Below are positions 58,546 through 64,000 of a DNA stretch of 64,000 nucleotides, in pieces; position 1 is the stretch's first letter, and each line of letters starts with the position of its first letter. A program made the position numbers and the translations under genes. Below the pieces are notes generated by a model. That model was not told where the DNA came from, did not search any database, and was given only the letters and a program-made list of their open reading frames with translations. Source of the DNA: an uncultured Bacilli bacterium (GTDB lineage: Bacteria; Bacillota_I; Bacilli_A; RF39; UBA660); contig CAJUTK010000002.1 in the NCBI GenBank assembly GCA_910589375.1, positions 195,133 to 259,132 on the forward strand, written 5' to 3'.

Positions 58546-59832
58546 ATGATTGTTGTTATTACCAATAAATTAAAAGAGATTATTGATAGTAGTAGACTTA
58601 AAGAAGCAAATTGTAAGTATGCAGTTGGCTTTTATACAGTAAATGATTGTATACAATCATTATCTTCTTTAGATATAGATTATTTAGTTATAGATATTAC
58701 TGCTTTTAAGGATGCTTTTGAAATTAGTTCTTGGAAAAGAGTGAAAGATTTTATTGATCCTTCTAAAACTGTTATTTTGTTAGAAGAGGCAAAATCTTAT
58801 TCTAATGTTGGTTTTCTATCTATGCTAATTACAATGGGTTTCTACAATTTTACTAAAACAGGTGAAGGAATAATAAGGCTAATGGAAAGGCCTAATTCTT
58901 ATCAAGAGGTGGCAAAGTATCAAAAGATGGCAATGAATTTAGAAGATAGAAAAGAAGAAGAGGAAGAGCGCTTTAATGATTATCAAAGGAAACTAGGAGA
59001 AAACCAAGATATGATGCGAGATTACCTAGAAAGATATCAAAAAGGTGAAGTTTCTTTTAAAAGAAAAAACGATGTTTTTAAGTATCAATTAAAAGTAGGT
59101 TTATTAGCACTCCCAATTTTGACTATTGCTAGTGTATTTTTCATTTATCTATTTCAAATTTTTATTTCTAATATGGTTCCATTAGAAGATAGCGTCGGAG
59201 AATATCTATATACAGAACTAGCCCATACTGGTTTTACTCCATTAACAATTATAGGAATTTTAATTATTACGGTTTTCTTTTCTATTTACTATACTTTCTT
59301 GAATGCAAAAATTAAAAGAATGCAGATGACAAGATCAAAGTTTATTATTATTCCATTTGCTATTTTCTGTGTACTTGTATTTGGAGAATATTATTTAGTT
59401 GGTGTTTTAGAAAAATTCTATGAGTTTATAAAGATTATTCCAATAGATGATAAGATGTATCTTTGCCAGGATTTATACTGGCTAAGTAGGTATGTAGCAA
59501 CAGCAGCAATATTCTTATTCTATATTAGTACTTTCATTGATAATTCAAGAACTTTAAAGTTTGAAAAGGATTTAGGTCAGAAATTAACTTGGTTAGAAAA
59601 ATTATGGGTAATTGATATGATTTTATTGCTAATGATTCCTCTTGCTTGTCAGTTATCTTTAGCACTTCCAGAAAGTAGTTCATTATCTAGCTTTTTTAGT
59701 AGTATTTCTGATAAGTCTTTGATAATGATGGTAATTGCTGGTATTGAATTTATTTTAACAATATTAATTTTATTGCAACCTAAGTTTGTAAAAGAAAAAG
59801 AATATACAATATTAAAAGAAGAAGATTTATAG
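58546..59832 (+). CDS. membrane protein (cytoplasmic N-domain about 190 aa plus multi-TM C-domain)
   Basis: GGGGGG RBS. 428 aa. Confidence 0.5.
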   Translation: MIVVITNKLKEIIDSSRLKEANCKYAVGFYTVNDCIQSLSSLDIDYLVIDITAFKDAFEISSWKRVKDFIDPSKTVILLEEAKSYSNVGFLSMLITMGFYNFTKTGEGIIRLMERPNSYQEVAKYQKMAMNLEDRKEEEEERFNDYQRKLGENQDMMRDYLERYQKGEVSFKRKNDVFKYQLKVGLLALPILTIASVFFIYLFQIFISNMVPLEDSVGEYLYTELAHTGFTPLTIIGILIITVFFSIYYTFLNAKIKRMQMTRSKFIIIPFAIFCVLVFGEYYLVGVLEKFYEFIKIIPIDDKMYLCQDLYWLSRYVATAAIFLFYISTFIDNSRTLKFEKDLGQKLTWLEKLWVIDMILLLMIPLACQLSLALPESSSLSSFFSSISDKSLIMMVIAGIEFILTILILLQPKFVKEKEYTILKEEDL

Positions 59833-59843
59833 ATCTTCTTCTT

Positions 59844-60461
59844 TTATATTTTACGATATAAACCAATTGCTTTTCCTAATACAAAAACATTTTCTAATAT
59901 AATTGGACTCATTGTATCATTTTCTGGCTGTAAACGAAAATGATTATTTTCTTTATAAAACGTTTTTAAAGTTACTTCATTTTCTTCTGTCATTGCTACA
60001 ACAATTTCACCATTTCTAGCTGTATTTTTTCTTTCTACAATAATAATATCTCCATCATGAATTCCTGCATTAATCATACTTTCACCGTTAACTTTTAAAG
60101 TGAAAACTTCTTTATCTTTAGGAATAAGATAGGCAGGTAAAGTAAAGTACTCATCAGGGTTTTGAATTGCCTCAATAGGGCTTCCTGCTGTAATTTTTCC
60201 TAATAATGGGACATCAACAACGCTCTCGTTTTTAGGAATAAACTCATTATCTACCATTAATTCAATGGTTCTATTTTTATTAGAGCCTTTTTTGATGTAA
60301 CCTTTATCAGCTAGACCATCTAAGTGAGCTTGCACAGTAGCAGGAGAAGAGACATTTAATGCAGTAGCAATTTCTCTAACTGTAGGTGGATATCCATGTG
60401 ATACAATATACTCTTTTACAAACTGTAAAGTATCTTCCTGTCTTTTTGTTAATTTATCCAT
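59844..60461 (-). CDS. lexA: LexA repressor
   Basis: N-terminal wHTH (LTKRQEDTLQFVKEYIVSHGYPPTVREIA). S24 peptidase domain with Ala-Gly cleavage site and Ser/Lys dyad (GESM, K). Confidence 0.9.
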   Translation of the reverse strand: MDKLTKRQEDTLQFVKEYIVSHGYPPTVREIATALNVSSPATVQAHLDGLADKGYIKKGSNKNRTIELMVDNEFIPKNESVVDVPLLGKITAGSPIEAIQNPDEYFTLPAYLIPKDKEVFTLKVNGESMINAGIHDGDIIIVERKNTARNGEIVVAMTEENEVTLKTFYKENNHFRLQPENDTMSPIILENVFVLGKAIGLYRKI

Positions 60462-60544
60462 ATTTCCTCCTTATATACTATAACAATTTTATCATAGTAA
60501 AATGTAAATGTCAAACAGATGTTTGCTTAAATGCTCAAAAAGCG

Positions 60545-60573
60545 TTGACACGAATATTTGTTCGTGATAGAAT
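60545..60573 (+). promoter_or_regulatory. sigma-A-type promoter (TTGACA-17-TAGAAT) with embedded LexA/Cheo box CGAATATTTGTTCG (60551-60564)
   Basis: 12 of 14 positions match the Bacillus consensus CGAACATATGTTCG. A second weaker palindrome AAACAGATGTTT at 60512-60525 overlaps the lexA -35. Confidence 0.7.
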
Positions 60574-60597
60574 GAATACAGTTGAAGGAGTGATAGT

Positions 60598-60753
60598 ATG
60601 GAATTAGTGAGAGATTTTGTAAAGGAGAACTTAATAATGTTAGTGTTTGGAATCATTTTATTTGGAATTGTTTTCTTAGGAAGTTTGGAAAATATAAAAT
60701 TAGAGAATAATAGGATAATAAAAGAGTTTTCAATAGAGGAAACTCTTTATTAA
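60598..60753 (+). CDS. small single-TM protein divergent from lexA, candidate SOS-induced cell-division inhibitor (YneA/SosA-like by position)
   Basis: 51 aa: MELVRDFVKENLIMLVFGIILFGIVFLGSLENIKLENNRIIKEFSIEETLY. GAAGGAG RBS 8 nt upstream. LexA box in its promoter. Below the 60 aa cutoff of the ORF track. Confidence 0.55.
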   Translation: MELVRDFVKENLIMLVFGIILFGIVFLGSLENIKLENNRIIKEFSIEETLY

Positions 60754-60799
60754 TGAAAAATAGTTTGATATAATGTTTTATAGAATAGGGGATGTTAAA

Positions 60800-62785
60800 A
60801 TGAATGATTTTGAAATTATATCTAATATTAAAGGATTAGGAATTGATATGATTCATAATGCAAAGTCAGGGCACCCTGGTATTGTTCTAGGAGCTGCTCC
60901 TATTTTATATACATTATATAAAAACCATATGAATATTAATACTAGTGATAGTAATTGGGTGAATAGGGATCGATTTGTTATGTCTGCAGGACATGGTTCT
61001 GCACTATTGTATGCTACTTTATTTATGACAGGATATGCTCTTACAATTGATGATTTAAAATCATTTAGACAAATTGGATCTAAAACACCTGGGCATCCAG
61101 AAAAGGGAGTAACACCAGGAGTGGATTGTTCAACTGGGCCATTAGGACAAGGCTTTGCTAATGCTGTAGGAATGGCTTTAGGAGAGAAAATCTTAAAGGA
61201 GAGATATCGTCTTAATCCTGCTAAAAGTTTAGTGGACTATAAAGTATATGCTTTAGTAGGGGATGGAGATCTTATGGAAGGCATTTCTTACGAGGCTGCC
61301 TCTTTAGCTGGAAATTTAAAACTAAATAATTTAATTGTATTATATGATTCAAATGGAATTAGTTTAGATGGTCCTACTTCTAAAACATTTACTGAAAATG
61401 TAAGAGCACGTTTTGAAGCTTTGGGATGGAATACCATTTTTGTAAAAGAGGGAGATAAGGTATCTGAAATTGATAAAGCAATAGAAAAAGCAAAGAGGTC
61501 TAGTGCACCAACTTTAATAGAAGTAAAAACTGTAATTGGTAAGGATTCTTTACTAGAGGGTAAATGCAGTATTCATGGTAAAGATTTAGAGGAAGACGAT
61601 ATTAGTCAGTTGAAATCTAAATTAGGCCTTCCTACTATAGAGACATTTTATGTAAATACAGAAGCATGTTCTAAATTTAGGGGATTTATTGCTAATCGTG
61701 TCAATAAGAAGTATATGGAATGGTCTAATACCTATCAGGAATATGTATCAAAAATAGGAGATGGAAATAAAACAGAAGCAAATTATTTATTTCAAAATGT
61801 ATTTAATTATAATCTTTTTGATTTAAAATTTGATTTTAAAGTTCATACTAAGCAAGCTCTTAGAGATACTAATATGATATTTATGCAAGCATTGGGGAAA
61901 AATATTAAAACCTTTGTAGGTGGTAGTGCAGATTTGGGCAGTACTACTAAAACTTATGTTTCAGAGTTTGCGGATATTACTTCTGAAAATTTTTTAGGAA
62001 ACAATATTTGGTTTGGAGTACGTGAGCATGCTATGGGAGCTATTTTAAACGGTTTAGCTTTAGTAAATTTAAAACCTTTTGGTTCTACTTTCTTAAGCTT
62101 TTCTGACTATTTAAAGCCAGCTATGAGAATGTCTGCTTTAATGAATTTACCAGTTACTTATATTTATACACATGATTCTATTTCAGTAGGACCGGATGGA
62201 CCTACACATCAGCCAATTGAGCACTTAGCGATGTTACGTTCTATTCCAGGAATGAAGGTCTATAGACCTGCAGATGCAAAAGAATTACTTGGTTGTTGGC
62301 AGAGAATATTAAATTCTAATTTTAATCCTAGTTCTTTGGTACTAGCTAGAAATGAAGTTGAGGTAATGGAAGAATCTAAGGCGGAAGACGCTATGAATGG
62401 TGGTTATGTTCTTCGCCAAGAAACTTCACCACTAAAATTAATTTTAGTAGCGACAGGTAGTGAAGTTCATGTTGCTAAAAATTTAGCACTAGAGTTTTCT
62501 AGAATGGGAGAGAATGGAATTCGGGTTGTAAGTCTTCCCTGTATAGAGAATTTCTTAGAGACAGAAAAGCAGTATCAAGAAAATGTTCTTCCTTCTAATG
62601 TTTTAAAAATAGCAATAGAAGCGGGTTCTCCATTTGGCTGGCACAGAATTATTTCAAATCCTAAGTATGTAATTGGTTTGGAGAGTTTTGGAATGAGTGG
62701 AAGTAAAGATCAAGTTTTGGATGCTATGAATTTTAGTTATGAAAAAATTAAACAGAGAGTTTTAGGACTATTGCGTGAGCTTTAG
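60800..62785 (+). CDS. tkt: transketolase
   Basis: TPP-binding GHPG...GDGDLMEG and a transketolase C-terminal domain. Same position relative to lexA as in B. subtilis (lexA...tkt...yneF). Confidence 0.9.
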   Translation: MNDFEIISNIKGLGIDMIHNAKSGHPGIVLGAAPILYTLYKNHMNINTSDSNWVNRDRFVMSAGHGSALLYATLFMTGYALTIDDLKSFRQIGSKTPGHPEKGVTPGVDCSTGPLGQGFANAVGMALGEKILKERYRLNPAKSLVDYKVYALVGDGDLMEGISYEAASLAGNLKLNNLIVLYDSNGISLDGPTSKTFTENVRARFEALGWNTIFVKEGDKVSEIDKAIEKAKRSSAPTLIEVKTVIGKDSLLEGKCSIHGKDLEEDDISQLKSKLGLPTIETFYVNTEACSKFRGFIANRVNKKYMEWSNTYQEYVSKIGDGNKTEANYLFQNVFNYNLFDLKFDFKVHTKQALRDTNMIFMQALGKNIKTFVGGSADLGSTTKTYVSEFADITSENFLGNNIWFGVREHAMGAILNGLALVNLKPFGSTFLSFSDYLKPAMRMSALMNLPVTYIYTHDSISVGPDGPTHQPIEHLAMLRSIPGMKVYRPADAKELLGCWQRILNSNFNPSSLVLARNEVEVMEESKAEDAMNGGYVLRQETSPLKLILVATGSEVHVAKNLALEFSRMGENGIRVVSLPCIENFLETEKQYQENVLPSNVLKIAIEAGSPFGWHRIISNPKYVIGLESFGMSGSKDQVLDAMNFSYEKIKQRVLGLLREL

Positions 62786-62875
62786 TTCTTTTTTTTATTT
62801 TTGGGAATAGAATAAAATAGGTCTTGTATTTTTAGCCATTATTTAGTAAAATAAACCTTATGAAGGGATGATATA

Positions 62876-63094
62876 ATGAGTCTTTTAGTTAGATTAGGAT
62901 ATGTCTTAATAGGTCTTGTTATAGGCGCTATTATTGGATTTTTTCTAGCACGTAAATATATGCAAAAATATATGAAAAAAAATCCACCAATTAATGAACA
63001 GATGATTCGTACTATGATGATGCAAATGGGAAGAACTCCAAGTCAAAAACAAGTAAATCAAATGATGAAATCAATGGCTAAGTATATGGACTAG
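62876..63094 (+). CDS. yneF: UPF0154/YneF-like small membrane protein
   Basis: 72 aa. Single TM ([19 protein letters not shown]). Met/Gln-rich tail. Synteny with tkt. Confidence 0.65.
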   Translation: MSLLVRLGYVLIGLVIGAIIGFFLARKYMQKYMKKNPPINEQMIRTMMMQMGRTPSQKQVNQMMKSMAKYMD

Positions 63095-63125
63095 CCATTT
63101 TTTTTGGCTGAAAGGAGTGTTTGCT

Positions 63126-64000
63126 TGAACCTTTTAGAAATAGGAAAGTACCTTCAGGCAGAATTAATACATATAAAATTAAATGAAAGTTTTCAAAACA
63201 TAAAAATGGATAGTAGGGAAATAGAACCTGGCGATTTATTTTTAGCTTATGGGAAAGGCATTGATTACGTAGACGAAGCTTTCGATAAAGGAGCAGCAGC
63301 AGTTATTAGTGATAAATTTATTTCCAAGGATATTCCTACTATACTTGTTCAAGATGTATTGGAAGCTTTAGCTTCTTTAGCGCAGCTAAAACGTAGAGAA
63401 TTTAAAGGTCATGTAATAGCGATTACAGGTAGTAATGGGAAAACAACTACTAAAGAGCTATTAAAATTCTTATTATCATTTGATTCTTCTGTACTAGCAA
63501 ATTTTGAGAGTGAAAATAATCATATTGGGGTTCCTAAGACATTACTAAATTTAAATGATAGTTATGATTATGTCATATTAGAAATGGGAATGAATCATGC
63601 AGGAGAAATTAAATATCTATCAGAAATAGCGAGCCCAGATATTGGTATTATTACCAATATAGGTTCTTCTCACATAGGATTATTGGGAAGTAGAAAAAGT
63701 ATTTTTAAAGCAAAGATGGAGTTAGTAGAAGCTACACCTACTATTAAACTATTTGTAAATGCAACCGATAGATATTTAAAAAGAATAGAAGCTAATCAAG
63801 TTGGCCTAGACTATCCTTCAGTTTCTTCTGTTCCAGCTATAGATGTTAGTTTAGCTTGTAAAGTGTGTGAGTATTTAGGATATGAACGAGAGGAATTGGA
63901 AAGAAGATTAAGTTCTTTTCCAGGAGTAAAGTCTAGAATGCAGAAGATTTTATTAAAAGACGACAAATTGTTAATAGATGATGCTTATAATGCTTCTTAT
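63126..64000 (+). CDS. murF: UDP-MurNAc-tripeptide--D-Ala-D-Ala ligase (MurF), 3' end outside window
   Basis: TTG start after AAAGGAG. Mur ligase P-loop ITGSNGKTTTKE. NNHIGVP. ...LIDDAYNAS at the window edge. Confidence 0.8.

Noticed and set aside
60386-60607. 73 aa plus-strand ORF overlapping the lexA start and the lexA/divergent-gene promoter region
   Set aside because: It spans the intergenic operator region and the lexA N-terminus on the opposite strand, with no RBS. The real divergent gene is the 51 aa ORF at 60598.
1-64000. Searched for CRISPR arrays, IS elements, integrases, rRNA and prophage structural genes
   Set aside because: No regularly spaced direct repeats, no transposase or integrase motifs (DDE, R..HxxR..Y apart from xerD), and no rRNA-like sequence were seen.

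Overview
This 64 kb window is a chromosomal segment of a low-GC (about 30% GC) Bacillota (Firmicutes) genome. Gene order is largely conserved with Bacillus subtilis housekeeping neighbourhoods. Almost all genes are on the + strand and tightly packed. The first 40 kb is core housekeeping: M16 peptidase pair, secG, dnaB-like/dnaI, a T-box leader with an unknown gene then thrS, a SigA-like sigma factor with a very long C-terminal extension, PBP1A, a DUF1934-like gene then argS, rpoE (delta), prfA-prmC, rnhB, a T-box leader with an unknown gene then pheS-pheT, priA, xerD-like, tdk and ppdK. From about 39.5 kb to 50.9 kb the content turns accessory-like. It holds a head-to-head pair of 5'-truncated genes (PHP phosphoesterase fragment and LysR), a PfkB sugar kinase, an Smr protein and a surface protein built from three classes of perfect tandem repeats. 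It also holds a two-gene minus-strand operon encoding a HerA/FtsK-superfamily ATPase plus a cysteine-repeat protein next to an AraC/GyrI regulator, then a Nudix hydrolase. This block ends at the 3' ends of two minus-strand tRNA genes, Leu-TAG and a CAT-anticodon tRNA. After the tRNAs the core resumes with a lipoprotein, cysS, a zinc metallopeptidase, truB, a nucleotidyltransferase, two large membrane proteins, lexA with a divergent LexA-boxed small membrane ORF, tkt, a yneF-like gene and the start of murF. No rRNA, CRISPR array, transposase or integrase is visible. All functional calls rest on motif recognition and synteny by eye, with no database search.
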